From contig OX597815.1 in NCBI GenBank assembly GCA_951406725.2, forward strand, positions 310,001 to 374,000: DNA of 64,000 nt, given 5' to 3'. Of this stretch, positions 24,232 to 42,775 are shown piece after piece; position 1 is the first letter of the stretch; each line of letters starts with the position of its first letter. Below the pieces are notes generated by a model that saw only the letters and a program-made list of their open reading frames with translations, did not search any database and was not told the origin of the DNA. Position numbers and translations under genes: made by a program. Source of the stretch: Octopus vulgaris (lineage: Eukaryota).

Positions 24232-25372
24232 CATCATCATCATCATTGTTTAACGTCTGCTGGCATGGGTTGGGTGGTTTGACTGACGACTGACAAGCCA
24301 GGAGGCTGCACCAGACTCCAATCTGATCTGGCATGGTTTCTGCAGCTGGATGCCCTTCTTAACGCCAACCACTCTGCAAGTGTAGTGGGTGCTTCTTACA
24401 TACTGCCAGCACAGGGGCCAGTCCAGTGGCACTGGCATCGACCACACTCAAATGGTGCTTTTTACATGCCACCGGCATGGAAGCCAGTCAGGCAGGACTG
24501 ACATCAACCATGCTCGAATGGTGCTTTTTATATGCCACTTGCACTGGCATCAGCTCCGCTCCAATGGTGCTTTTTACGTGCCACTTGCACAGATACCAGT
24601 CAGGCAGCACTGGCATCGGTCATGACAACAATTTCACTTAACTCAACAGGTCTTCTCAAGCACAGCATATCTCCAAAGGTCTTGGTCACTTGTTATTGCC
24701 TCTGTGAGGCCCAGTGTTTAAAGGGCGTACTTCACCACCTCATCCCAGATCTTCCTGGGTCTACCTCTTCCACAAGTTTACTCCATTGTTATGGTGTGGC
24801 ACTTTTCACTCAGCTCTCCTCATCCATATGCAACACATGACTATACCAGCACAGTCGTCTCTCTTGCACACCACATCTGATGCTTCTTATGTCCAACTTT
24901 TCTCTAAGGGTGCTTACACTCTGTCATGTATGCACACTGACATTATACATTCAACGGAATATACTAACTTCGTTTCTTTCAAGCCCATGCTTGTCCTCAG
25001 CATTCCCAGCTCATGTTTCACTGTCATATAGCATGGCTATTCACACACATGCACCACAGTCTTCTTTTCACTCTGGGATGCCTTTTGTTACCAGCAGAAG
25101 TAGGAGCTCTCTGAACTTTGCCCAGATTATTCTTATTCTAGCAGCTATGCTCTCAGAGCATCCACCCCTGCTACTGACTTAAGTGATGGAAGCTATCAGC
25201 TACTTCTAGTTTTTTCTCCTGGCATGTGATGGAGTCTGTTTTTTGTACATCTTTGGTGTTTATTGCCCTTGTGCATCTACCACACACAAAAACTGTCTTC
25301 CCAGTTAGCATTCCTTTGATATTGCTACACCTCTTATGTGTCCATAGCTTACATTGGGTCCATAGTTTTGCC
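24232..25372 (-). mobile_element. RTE LINE fragment with 3'UTR array
   Basis: WTQCKLWTHKRCSNIKG and KLEVADSF on the minus strand; (CAT)n start. Confidence 0.88.
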
Positions 25373-25674
25373 AATCCATCATCATCCACCATCATCATCA
25401 TATTTATGATGTTGATGATGGCACTATACAAATATTTCCTCAATAATTTTAGCAATACCAATAAAATTTGACATGGTCTGATATAAAATATATCCAACAC
25501 ACATTTTTGAAGTATTTCTCATTGACCATTAATGACCTGCTCATCTCTGACCTCTTTATCACTAATGCTTTCAATAACTGTGTCATTCTTGATACTCGGC
25601 TCACAACGTAATTATGTTAGATTCTTGATGTAGCTGTGATGTGATTAGTGTTGGGGAAGCAACTTAAAGAAGAT

Positions 25675-26150
25675 CATCATTTAACATCCGTGTGTATGCT
25701 GACATGGGTTGGATGGTGTGACCCAAACTGGCAAGCTGGGAGGGAGGGGCTGCTGCTAACTCCAGTCTGCTTTGGCATGGTTTCTACAGTTGGATGCACT
25801 TCCTAACGCCAACCACTTTACAGTATGTACTGGGTGCATTTACATGTTACCACATGGTGATTTTCCGTGTCATCACATGGGCACTTTTATGTGGTATTGC
25901 CATGAGTGATATACACCACCAGAAGGATTGGTCTTATAACGTCTGCTGCAGGGTACGAGTCTTCTTGAGTATGGTCAGGTGCCAGGTATCTTAGTCCTTT
26001 GTCATCTCACCTGAAATGTTCAGCTTCCTGAGGTCATTCTTCAGTACTTCCCCCTAGATCTTCCTGGGTCTCCCACTTCCACATGTTCCATCCACTTTGA
26101 GAGATCGGCACTTCTTTATGGAGTTGTTGGCATCCATCTGCATCATATGA
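25675..26150 (-). mobile_element. Diverged RTE 3' fragment
   Basis: GTCGSGRPRKI plus tail. Confidence 0.7.
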
Positions 26151-26594
26151 CCAAACATGGAACAAATTGTTGTGTTTCCAAAGGGAGGTATATGATGAGA
26201 TTGTGAAGAATGAGATGGCAACGCAGAATAATGTGACTCTAATAGAGGAGATAATTGAGAAAGAAATGAAAGAAGTGATAAGGATAGTGACATGTTGAAA
26301 AAGATGTTTGGAGAGACGTGATAAAGGCATCAGGGAATTAGGCTGTGAAGAAACCCTGCCAGAAGTGTCAGTTGGGGTGAAAGAAGACTGTATTGCAGCG
26401 GATTGAGAGTTGAGCAGAAGGATGGGTGGGAGGAATGAGGGTGTTTGGAAAGGATTAGAATAGAAATGAAGGTCAGTTTATGTCAAGAAGGGGAACAACT
26501 GATGCAACTTTTATTGTAATGGTTGTTTCAGAAAAAGTAGTGTCAGCAGGTAATAAAGCATATGAAGTGGAAAGAACAAGAAAGTGGCTAAGTG

Positions 26595-27835
26595 CATTTC
26601 CATGCTGGCATAGGTTGGACAGTTCAACCGGGGTCTGGGAGGCCAGGAGGCTGCACCAGGCTCCAATCTGATCTGGCAATGTTTCTACAGCTGGATGCCC
26701 TTCCCAACGCCAACCACTCCGATAGTGTAGTGGGTGTTTTTATGTGCCACTGGCACAAGGGCCAGTCAGGCAGTACTTGCATTGGCTAGGCTCAAATGGT
26801 GCTTTTTATGTGCCACCTGCACAGGAGGCAGTCCAGCAGCACTGGCAACAACCATGCTCGAATGATGTTTTTTACATGTCACCGGCACAGGAGTCAGTCA
26901 TGCAACACTGGCAATGATCACGCTTGAATGATGCTTTTTATGTGCCACCAGCTCAAGAGCCACTTAGCAGCCCTGGCAATGATCATGCTCAAATGGTGCT
27001 TTTAATGTTCCACTGGTATGGGTGCCAATCAGGCGGTACTGTCATTGGCCACGACAACGATTTCACTTGCCTTGCCTCAACAGGTCTTCACAAGCATAGT
27101 TTATTGTCCAATGATTGAAGGGTGCTCTTAAATGGGCTGGTTATATAACACTGGCATAGGCCATGGTTATGGTCTCACTTGGCTTGCCAGGTCTTCTCAA
27201 GCACAGTATGTCTCCAAAGGTCTTGGTCACTTGTCATTGCTTCGGTATGGCCCAATGTTTGAAGGTTGTGCTTCACCACCTCATCCCAAGTCTTCCTGGA
27301 TCTACCTCTTCCACAGGTTCCCTCAACTGCTAGGGTGTGACACTTTTTCACACAGTTGTCCTCATCCTACCGGGAATTCTTCACTGTACTTGCTGCCATC
27401 TCTCACCTTACTGACAGCATCCCTGAACATGGCTTGTACAGCTCTCACTAATCACTTATCTATCTCTAGTTTTCGCATTGACCACCAGATAAAGGATTGG
27501 GAGACCCTGTCAAAGGCTTTCTCCATGTCAATGAAAGCCAGGCACAAAGGTTTATCTTTGGCTAGGAATTTCTCCTGCAGCTGTCTTACCAGAAATATAG
27601 CATCAGTGCTGCTTCTCCCTGGCACAAACCCAAACTGTATCTCATCTAGACTGACTCTAATTAGTTGGGCTATGACCCTCTCCGTGACTTTCATTACCTG
27701 ATCCAATAACTTGATACTTCAGCAATTATTCATACCTAATGCACCACCTTTACTTTTGTAGCAGTTGACTGTGGTGCTGCTACACCAGTCATTGGATATG
27801 ACTCCTTCATGTATCACCTGATTGACTATACGGGG
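26595..27835 (-). mobile_element. RTE LINE with an internal deletion at ~27368
   Basis: QFGFVPGRSSTDAIFLVRQLQEK and DMEKAFDRV are joined directly to the C-terminal RT end and the 3'UTR array. Confidence 0.87.
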
Positions 27836-27899
27836 ACTACTCTTCCCTATTATTCAAACCTATTGAATTTTGAATAATAACTTTATATATATATATACA

Positions 27900-28100
27900 T
27901 GTGTGTCTGTGTTTGTTCCCCTAGCATTGCTTGACAACTGATGCTGGTGTGTTTACGTCCCCGTCACTTAGCGGTTCGGCAAAAAGAGATTGATAGAATT
28001 AGTACTGGGCTTACAAAAAGAATAAGTCCCGGGGTCGAGTTGCTCGACTAAAGGCGGTGCTCCAGCATGGCCGCAGTTAAATGACTGAAACAAGTAAAGA
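27900..28100 (+). mobile_element. tRNA-SINE family 1, 3' half, within (TA)n
   Basis: Matches the 3' half of the family. Confidence 0.85.
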
Positions 28101-28101
28101 G

Positions 28102-28135
<34 letters not shown>

Positions 28136-28219
28136 TGGTGCAGCCCCTCAGCTTACCAGCCCTCGTCAAACCATCCAAAGCTATGCTAGCATGGACAATG
28201 GATGCTAAATGATGATGAT

Positions 28220-28903
28220 GCACAAAAATCCATGAAAATCAGGAAAGCCCCTGGTCCGTCCAAAATCATGGCTGAGGTGATCAACATATCCAGTAAGGTA
28301 GGGTACAGGCTAGTCACCCACATAGTTTAATCAGGTCATTCAGGAAGGTGTTATACTCAAGGATTGGCATAGCAGCATTATTGTTAGCTGCTACAAGGGT
28401 AAAGGTGATGCTTTAGATAGAAGCAATTATAGAGGCATCAAACACCTGGACCAGGTGGTGGAAATTAGAGAGAGAGAGTCATAGCCCAATTAATTAGGAG
28501 AGCAGAATTAGGTTAGACAAAATGCAGTTAGGCTTTGTCCAGGGAAGAAGCACTACTGACACTATTTTCATAGTCAGGCAACTGCAAGAGAAGTGCTTAG
28601 CTAAGAATAAGCCATTATGCTTGGTATTTGTTGATCTAGAGAAAGTCTTCAATAGAGCACCCTGCTATATGATATGGTGAGCTGTGAGGAGGCTAGGGAT
28701 TAACAAATGGCTGGTGAAAGCTGTACAGGCCATGTACAGAGACATTGTCAGTAAAGTGAGAGTTAACCACAAGTACAGTGAAGAATTTGGTGTACAGGTA
28801 GGGGTCTAAAAAGGTTCAGCCTTCTGGCTTGCCAGTCCTCAGTCAAACTGTCCATCCCATGCCAGCATGGAAAGCAGACATTAAATGACGATGATAATGA
28901 TGA
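28220..28903 (+). mobile_element. RTE RT fragment fused to a tail
   Basis: CYKGKGDALDRSNYRGIK and VDLEKVF, then a tail ending (GAT)n. Confidence 0.8.
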
Positions 28904-28904
28904 T

Positions 28905-31698
28905 ATATACGAGTGTAAAAGTCGAATTTTATTTTGACCATTTTTTTAAGGTCAAATTTATGGGGTTGACTATTACATGGAGACTACTTTTGCGGAGCTG
29001 AAATTCAAGATAGAATCCAAAAGTACCGTACAGCAGCAGAAGCCTAACTGATCACTTAGTGAATAAAACCAAAAACACAATGAATTCCAGTAATATTACC
29101 AATTCTATGCATCAAAACATGTCCTAGTAAATAACAAAACCCATAAACAAGACTGCTTCACTCTTATCAATATTTACACTTTCTCTTTTATTTGTATCCA
29201 TCAAACTTAACAGACTATATTACCACCAGTAACATGTCTACCTGGTCCCAGCATGCTACTACCTACCCTAATATGGTGCCTACAGCTGATACCTATTTGG
29301 TGTGTTTCACATCATAACTGCATTACACGTTTTCCGTATTCACGGTTCAAGTCTCACTCATCACAATTGTATTATGGCATTAGTGGTGCATTTTTATTTC
29401 TAATTAATGAAATGCAACTTGATGTTTTAAATGCCGAAATTGATAAAAGAAGTAGAAGCACAACACCATTTTCCACCACCAACAGTCTCCACCGAAAACG
29501 TTTTCTTCTTTGTGGCTGGATTAGAGACGACCGTACCAAAATCTTTGCATTTCTATTTTTTATAAATTCAGTGAAGCTTAAGGCCCAAAATATAAAACAA
29601 ATATCAAAATAATAATGTCAATAAAAACCATTAAGTTATCAAATTTTTATTTATGCAAACAAAAAAATGCTGTAGAAATTTATGGTAATACAGCTTCAAA
29701 TTACAATTATGGTACATAGTACATTTTAAACATTTTATGCACAAAATTTCATGAAGAACCTAAAAAATTAATGCTGTTCACCATCTTCAGTACTGAATAA
29801 AGCTTCTTAGTCATCAGGATGAATGATATCATTGTAAGGATTATCTTCATCTTCGTTCTCCATAGTTAGAGGTAGTACATCATCCACTCCTTCTTTATAC
29901 ATGTCATCCCATAGACAATCATCTTCTGTATCATACAATGAATGGTCTGACAACAGTTTCAACTTTTATTTCCTTCCATGAATCAATGATCCATTCACAG
30001 ATCAGAAGCAGTGATGGAGCCTGCATACCACCTCCTTTCGTGTTTGTCTCTTCTCCATCACGCATCCAGTTATTCCACTTGATTCCCATCATGTTCTCAA
30101 ATGGCTTATTAATACAAACATCGAATGGTTGCAAAACACTTGTAAGTCTGCTGAGAGTTTACAGCTTTATCAGTATTTTTTCACTGGAGGCTATCAACAA
30201 CATTCTTCTCTAGATGAGCTCTAAACTGATCGCATGTGAGCAAACTCTTTTCCTTTCATAGTTCACCGGGTCGTAAGTTCTAAATTTCCTTTATCTATTT
30301 TCTACATCCACCTTCATCCCATCCATCCTTGTAGATGTGCATGGATGACAGATCCTTTTGAAAATTTCTCCTTTGGCACAGTTTTTCTTTTAAAACAACC
30401 ATCAGTTTTAATTTAGTACCATCTGTCATACATAAAAGAACTAAAGTAACCTTCCTTTTCTTGTGGCCAGTGGTTCTCAGAAATACTGTTTTTTTCTCCT
30501 TTTTGATTCACATTTCGATTCTCTGGCATGTCAAGAGGAACAGGCGTATTGTCCATGTTTCCAGTCCATGATAATGCATACCCCACTTCTTGTTGATTTC
30601 TGATTACAAACCAATGAAATTCTATTATCTTATCTAGCTCAGCAGGCAGCTTTTGTGCAATCTTAATTCTCTGCCGAACTCCTAACGTCTCATGAACCTA
30701 GAACACCATCCAGCACTTGCTTTAAAATCTGAAATTCCATCTTTCTTTGATTCTTCTCGTGCATGAATTCGGATGGTTTCGCATTGTCTGAAGTTTGTCA
30801 GATCTCTTTCTCCAGTCTCTCTGAAACACAAAATTCTCTTGCTGCTACAGTTATTTGTTGTATTTTTCTGGAAGGGATTTTTTACATAAAATTGATGGAG
30901 AAATTTTAAACCCTCAACTTTACAACTGTATTCCAAGAGTGCTATATGGAAACTGAGCTGCAAAGAGACATTGTGACTCAACTCTTACCTGATTTTCTTA
31001 AGTTTTCATGCCAAATTCCCTTCATTGACCTCTGTTTTCTCACCTACTTTTTTAATGTTTAAATTGCAATAGCATTTTAAGCTATTTTTCTCTGATAGAA
31101 ATTTATGGCTTGACACCCATACAGTTCCATAGATCGTTGTAGCTGTGAAGAATCATCAAAAGCTGTGCATCAAATTGAATCCTGCATTAAAGCAGTAAGG
31201 AATACCAGTACAAATTCTATTATGCCATGTAACAAGAGCTGAAATAGTGACGTTTACTGTTGATCACCAATCGAGCTGTCTGTGAAACACATTTCTCACA
31301 GCGTAAACAGATGAGCGTATGATGCATGTGTTTATTGTATTTGGAGATGAAGAAAATATATGTCGCATGGGAATCCCTGATCTAGCAATTGATTGAATGT
31401 TTTTAGGCTTACCAAAGTTATGACAGTGGCGTTTGCCAATAATGCTTTCTATGAAACGCATTTCTCACCATGTAAACAATGAGTGTGACACGTGTTTGTG
31501 CTTGAAGATGTGTGCAGGCTTGCAGCATATCCTGTGCATACATTTTAGTAATGGTGATGTAGCACCTATCAACAGATGTGTAGTGCTTGCTATTAAATGG
31601 TGTTTCATTATAAGCACCAAGCATTCCCAATTTTTTGGTCAAAAATAGGGGGGGGGTCAACTTTTGCATGAGATCAACTATTATTCGAGTACATACAG
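28905..31698 (-). mobile_element. Decayed pogo/Tigger-type DNA transposon
   Basis: CENP-B HTH motif FKASAGWCSRFMRR and DDE_1 motif QPFDVCINKPF...EWIIDSWKEI. Right terminus cgagtacatacag|TA; left terminus damaged. Confidence 0.8.
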
Positions 31699-32479
31699 TA
31701 TGTATGTATGTATTGAGTCATGTAGCTTTCATAGACTCAGTTAGCAAACCAGTACAGAGGAGTATAATCCAGAAGATCCGATTGATGAAATATATTGAAA
31801 AATTATATTTTGAAATGTATTAACTGTGGAAGGCCTTGCATAAGGGATGTATTTCTTTCTATTTATTACGCAATGGTCTGAAATATCTATATTAAATGCT
31901 TTCACATCGTTTGATCTGAGTTATTATAACTTATACAACTTGATGCCATTACAAACTTGCCTGTTCTGATTCCTTTTTGCAGATACTCTAACCAGAATCT
32001 GGAGTAGTTTGTTATACCTGACCGGAGTCAAAATTTCTGGTATCTTGTATTGCTTATACAAACACACACTAATATATACTTTAATAACAAAATAAGTAGG
32101 ATTGTTGAATTAATTTGTGTCTGCAAGAACAAGTGGAGGAAATTAACCAAAGAATTAATTGAAGAAAGACATGTAGGCAAACTGACCAAGCTTTTGAAAA
32201 CTTTCTTCAAATTACTTCACAGAAATTACAGATGACACCCAGAGGAGGATTTGAACTCAGTTCCACAAACTTATAACACACAGTGATTTGTCTGATTATA
32301 AGTAACCTTTTTATAGCAAAATAGACTGACTCTGTAAATGTTAAAACTCGTCATGATGATCTTTCTAATAAATTAATTTGAAAATAATCAATTTAAATTT
32401 TGTAAACTACCTTTCTAATTAAGTCAGTATTTAAAATAAATTTGTTAAATCTCATAGAATTTGCATCGGAATCCTTTAA

Positions 32480-32692
32480 CCCTTTTGCATTTAAATTATT
32501 GTCAGATGTAATGCTTATTTATTCATATTGCTTTGAATTAATTGTGAATTATCCTATAATTTTGAGATTTCAATGATATGATTATTTATTTTTAGAATGA
32601 TAATGTAGGGTAGATGTAAGGGCCTGGACCCCTGACCAGTTAGAACAAAAAAAAAATTGGGGCTGGATATGGCCAGTTTGAATGCTAAAGGG
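32480..32692. mobile_element. piggyBac-type MITE, opposite orientation to the 18083 copy
   Basis: TTAA|CCCTTTT ... CTAAAGGG|TTAA. Confidence 0.82.
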
Positions 32693-32943
32693 TTAAGTCA
32701 CAAGACTTTGTATCGTGGAACCACTAGTGGTGGTCTTGGATGGATTGGTATGAAATATCTTTACACAGTAGGCTGTAAATATTTTGACCCTTGTGTTATA
32801 ATCATACATTTTCTAATAATGTTCATATTTAAAGGCTTCTGTCACTCCACTGTTTTAGTAGATCCCTAATAGATCCTATTTCTATTTAGATACAACTGAC
32901 TCCTTTTCAGGTCACATTTTTATTTATTTTATTTGTTTTTTAG

Positions 32944-36630
<3,687 letters not shown>

Positions 36631-36664
36631 GACCTTGTGTGTGTGTGTGTATATATATATGTAC

Positions 36665-36865
36665 TTTTCTACTCTAGGCACAAGGTCCGAAATTTTTGGG
36701 GAGGGGGCCAGTCATTTAAATCAACCCCCAGTATGCAACTGGTACATAATTTATCGATCCTGAAAGGATAAGTCGACCTTGGCGGAATTTGAACTCAGAA
36801 TGTAAAGACAAACGAAATACTACTAAGCATTTTGCCCCACGTGCTAATGTTTCTGCCAGCTCACT
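36665..36865 (-). mobile_element. tRNA-SINE family 2
   Basis: Homologous to 1592-1826. Confidence 0.78.
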
Positions 36866-37489
36866 ATATATATGTATGTATGTCTGTATGTATGTTTATT
36901 TTTATGTTATCATAAAAACAATCTTACATGAAACTGAAGGATTACTCAATACATTTTGTAGAGTACAAATCTGTTATTCATGAACAAGAATAGTTTTGAC
37001 AGTGATTTTGAAGTTTCAGACAGTCTTATGATGGCTTGGCTGGCCAAGTTTTGAAGTCACTGTCAAAACTATTCTTGTTAAAGGATAATATATAAACATA
37101 CATGCACACAGCATATATCTACACGTGTGTAATGGTGATAATGGAGCAGTTACATCTGGGATCAGGTTGTAGGGTGAGGTGGTTGTTACTTTGTTCATAT
37201 TTTCTGTACAGTCTCTGCCCCTAGAAAAGACCTAACCATTTGTGCAAGTATAATGAAATGTATAACAAAATTTGGTTAGTGATGGAGGATTGGCTGATCC
37301 TGGATTTAAATCTGAGCCTTTTGCCCATGCTGCAGCTGCAAAGTCATACTTTCACCTCAGTCACTAGAAGAATGCATGTGTATATATCTATGTGTATACA
37401 CTCAGGCACACATGCGCATATATATATATATACATGTGAGTATGAGCATATGAATGTATACATGTTGGGCCTGACATTTGCTTCATTCT

Positions 37490-38560
37490 AGCGAAGTTTC
37501 TCTGATCACACAAGCATCTCCAAAGTTTTGAAGTTTTGTCACTTTCTGTTTAACTTTCAGATGTTCTGTATTTTTCTGAGTTTCAGTTTTTCATAGTCAG
37601 TCTTTTTCAGTCTTGATGTAGGGTTCTGTTTGTGTGACATGTAATCTTATCACCTTCCATTGACGAGCTAGTTATTGTTGTCAAACTGACTTTGGTTCTC
37701 TTTTTGATGAAACCAGTTACACTTTTTACACTCTCAGAGATGATGTTTTAGACTGGTGACTATTCTTCATCGAGAAAGTGATTGTTAGTGGGGGGGGGGT
37801 GAAATTGAAATTAGTCTCAAGTTTTGGGACGTTAGATTTTCTGAGATTGTTTCTGACTGTTGGTTTCTTGGTTGACTTTGACTGGTACTCTGTGTATATG
37901 ATCACAAGATGGTCTGGCAGTCATCAACTCTAGGCGGTGTTCTGGTCATGAGAATATCTTCTTGGTTTTGTTGTTAGCATAGTAGAGAAAGTGCCCGTGT
38001 GTAGAGCAGGGGTACAGAGGCATCCATGTCTCTTAAATCAGTTGAGGAGTTGCAAGTGGATGTTAGTAACAAAAAGGGAGCCTTCTGAATAGGAGTCAAC
38101 GAACAGACACCCAACATCTTAATGATGTCTTCCCTTTGCTGATTGTTTCTTCTTTGTCTTAACGTTGAAATCTGAGAGTCAAAGTTTGTCTCTTGTTGGA
38201 ACTTTCAAAATGGCGTTGCTCAGTTGTTGATAAAATTTTGATTTTTACACATTTTTATCAACACATATTGTTGGAACATAAGCTGAGTACAATGCAATTC
38301 TGCTGAAATAATGGTGCAAGCAAAATCATAATTTGTTCATTGATGACAATTAGAATTAGTTGAAGGTCTTGAGCAATCTTGCTCTTAACAATAAACCCAA
38401 TTCCTTGGATTCTTTACTCTCATTTCATTTTTCCCTTTCCGAAAGAAAAGGTAGCTGGAACGTGTCTCTTCAAAGTTTACTTCACCTGAATAGTTGTGTT
38501 AAATACACAGAACAATATCAATGTTGCAATGAAAGGCAGCTTTCTACACAAGTGCCAACA
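37490..38560 (-). mobile_element. Old RTE-type LINE, APE endonuclease region
   Basis: Minus-strand remnants AYVPT, KFYQQLSNAILKVPTRDKL, DFNV and DHLV. Confidence 0.6.
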
Positions 38561-39116
38561 TTGTTTTCATATTTCAGTGTTGTTAACATCAACATTGTGA
38601 ACATTAGTAAATCCAGATTTAGTTTTCCTATAGTTTCAACTACATGAAGAGTCCTTTTATAATATATATCGACATCTTAGTTAAAATTTTACAGCCTTAT
38701 CATCATGATCATCATAATTATCTACTTTAAACACACCTGATTTTGGCAGTATGGCTCCATGAATTCGTGTTGGGTCTTAAAATTGTAATAATTTTACTCA
38801 TCTTGTGGTTTTAGGAAGTTTTAGTCATTGTTGAACCTTAAGTAACCTTTCATCAGGCAGACCTCACTAGTGCTGGTACCATAATACCACCCAGTAGACT
38901 CTGTAAAGTGTTTGGTGATAGGAAGAACATTGAAGTGTAGAAACAATACCAAAATGGGAATGTCCAAGCAAAATGTGGTTATTTTATCTATTTAGTAACT
39001 TGGAAAACCCACCCAAATTGTGTCAGCATGGAAAAGGGTTTATTAATTTCCTTTAGTTACTGTCATTTGCTTTGTAACTTTATTATTATTGTTATTAGTT
39101 TTTATTTTGACTTTAA

Positions 39117-39572
<456 letters not shown>

Positions 39573-41043
39573 AGTGTTTAACAGGGAAGCAACAACCCCA
39601 ACAACAACAACCAGCTGACAACAACAACAACAACCACATTACATCACAGTGACTTCTGTACTCTTGAGTACACTCCAGATGATACTGTCCTATCTGTAAC
39701 CATTAAAAAAAGAAAAATAATTATGAGGAATACAAACAAACACTCAACGAACTCCAGTCCATTTAAAAGGGAGCAAGATGGTGTTTGTTATTCACCATTT
39801 CTTTTGTTTTGTTTGCCCTTAGTTTACCTTTTTCTCTGTACATAACCAAAAACTGGGAGTAACTCATATATCTGAGAGGGACATTAACTAGCGGGTTACA
39901 ACTGTTAATAATATGAACAACAATATTAATGATAATTAATAATAATTATTATTATCTTAATGAAAACAATGATGCTCTATATGAACTTTTCTATTCATGA
40001 ACTGTTGCCACATTTTAAGAACCACTTGATACCCCCACCCCCCCCATCCTCCTGTCTACATTATTAGCCATTTACCCACTTTTAAAGAATCAACATGACT
40101 ACAGAAATAAGATTGGATGTTTGAGATGTGTTCAATTCCCTTGTCTAATGCTGGCATTCACTTTTGTTTGCAAGTCAAAATCTGTGAGAAAATGGTCAAC
40201 AGTAAGATATGTTATTCCATTCTTTTTAATAATGTTTTTTTTTCTCTTTAGTACTTATCCTTATTTTTCGTTCCACTTACAAAGTTCTTAGTTGAGTTAA
40301 AATTCAGTTTCTGTTCTAAACTGCTGATTAGCATTTTACCTTGTTAAACTTCTCTAATAATCCTATACAATGCTTTGAACTAACAGCGTTTTCTCTGAGA
40401 AACATTTAAAGCCAAGTTTTATTTTAGCTCTAGTATGAGAGAGAGAGAGAGAGAGAGAGACTCACCACCATATGTACCCCTGCCTCAATCTCCCCCTCTC
40501 TCTCCCCTCTCTCTCTCTCTCTGCATGTCAGTTTAGCTAATTTGTCTTCCTTAACAAAAGTTATATTTTTAAATTAAAAAATTAACTAACAAGATTAGTA
40601 TTCAATTGGATTTGAAATTTCTTTTATTGTTTATATTTCCATTAGATATTTAATTCATTTCCTCTCCTGAATTTGTTTGGTTCACCAATTCCATGTTTTC
40701 AATTCACTAAAACATCCTCCATTCGAAAACATTTCATTCTGTTTCTTTTCTGATATTTTCTGAAAATTGCCATTTTTTGCTGTTTGTTTCTTCTCCATTG
40801 AGTGTTTCTCCCTTGACAAATGCAAAAAAAAATCGATTAGTCTTTAGTCATTTCCTTTTTTCTAATTTTTTTTAATAGTTTCATTTATTTTCTGTTTTGG
40901 GTTTTTTGTAATTGCAATCTTGTAAAGAATTTCTATATTTACTTTATAAGTTTAAAGAATTTAGATTTTAAATTTGGTAAGTCTCAACACAGATTGTACT
41001 GAAGATGAAAGATAAAAAGCCAGTAAAACTAACATATTAGAGA

Positions 41044-41082
<39 letters not shown>

Positions 41083-41426
41083 CACACACACACACACTGC
41101 ATCTTGTACCTTTCAGTCTGTATAGTGGAAAAAAATGTGGGATTTTAACTCTGTTCCATAATTAAAGTATTAATTTTCTTATTTTTATTGGTGCTAGGGT
41201 CTTTTTCTTCTTCTTTTTCATTTTTGTTACTACATAGGAAACCTTTACCGACTGCTGAAAGGTGATGCATTAAGTGGTGGGGGTGTACGGAGAGTGTCTC
41301 CCCTTACTTATTTACTTTTTTTTCGCTTATATATATATATTTATATATATATAATTACATAAATATATATTGAATATATATATATTTTTTGCATTATATA
41401 TATGTATAACAAATATATTTTTTGCT

Positions 41427-41457
<31 letters not shown>

Positions 41458-42115
41458 ATATAATTTCCATTTTCCTTAATAGCGTTTAAATGTCTTCAGT
41501 CATGATCTTCTTCAACGTTTTCTTAGCTTGTCGTCTTCCCAGCTCAGTCAAATGAACATTCTCTACTTTGTTTGTTTTTCACAAACAATCTGGTTGTGAC
41601 GATAATATCAACCCACACTGTGCATTTGGATTAATAGTTTGACTGGGAATTTGAAAAGCTTATCCTTTGTTGTTATATCAGCTTTCTGGTCTAATGATGA
41701 TACTATGGGATGACTTATCTAAAAGTCAACATACAATGAAAATAATACCATTTCATTGATTATTTTTATCTTCTACATTTTTACTGACACTTTCAAAACT
41801 AATATGAAATGAGTCTCAGAAAAAAAGCAAAAAAAAAAAAAGCAAAACGAAAATCCATCACCCCTGAGTGAATGTTGAAATGTTGATAGAAACCAAAAAA
41901 GGATTTAATGATGTAAGGTTTTCTACTGCTTTCATAACTATTTATGTCTGGAAATATTGACAATGGAATCGAGACTGGGGAGATTGAATTATACCAGGTT
42001 TTTGAGACAAGGGTTCTGTTCGTGTGTTTTGTTTCGTAATATATAAATTGGTATATGAAGGGAACAATTTTGGACACTGACAGAAAATCAAGGTTAAAAG
42101 CATCAATTATACCTG

Positions 42116-42146
<31 letters not shown>

Positions 42147-42265
42147 CTTTTTTTTAGTGATTATGGAAAAGGTTTCTGTGAATTTCTGAATAATTAAGCA
42201 GTGTTTACAAATGTAAATCTGTAAGAAAACGTGCGCAATAAACCTTTTTTTTAATCTATTTATAA
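39573..42265 (+). other. GOLPH3: Probable long GOLPH3 3'UTR with candidate polyA signal AATAAA at 42237-42242
   Basis: About 2.7 kb of AT-rich sequence with no recognisable TE, ending at AATAAA followed by T-rich tracts. TEs resume at ~42320. The end point is inferred. Confidence 0.55.
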
Positions 42266-42319
42266 ACGAGCCAGAAAAATATTTAATGCTTTTCTTTTTT
42301 ATTTTTTTATCTTGTTTCA

Positions 42320-42590
42320 GTTAGACTATGGTCATGAAGCCTGGTATCTTTTTTTTTATCGATCCCTTTTGCAAAACTAAACCTATCGACACCAGTTGCC
42401 AAACGATGGGGGAGGGGGCAAAGACACGTGCACACACGACAGACTTCTTTTCCATCCACCAAATCCACTCCCAAGACAGTGGTTGCCCTGAGGCTATAAT
42501 AGAAGGCACTTGTCTAAGGTACCACACAGTGGGGTTGAACCCAAAACCATGTGGTTGGGAAGCAAATTTTTTTACCACACAGCCATACTT
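42320..42590 (-). mobile_element. Old tRNA-SINE family 1 copy
   Basis: Contains the gttgaacccaaaaccatgtggttgggaagc head motif. Confidence 0.7.
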
Positions 42591-42775
42591 GCATCTACCT
42601 GGTGCTTTCTTCCACTTCCTTATTGCTTCCAAAACTGTTTTCTTAAATGTTCATCACCTTCTGATCCCCAGCTGAAACTAATTCACTTTATTTATTCTGC
42701 TACAATTATTCAGAAAAGAATAAATGCCACACAAATCTCATTGCCATGTACAGGGCCTCTAGGCTAAATTTGATT

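Noticed and set aside
1-32943. GOLPH3 exon 1 (expected ...LTLMEEVLLLGLKD.E)
   Set aside because: Not found by eye or in the ORF track. It probably lies upstream of the window, but a short exon could have been missed.
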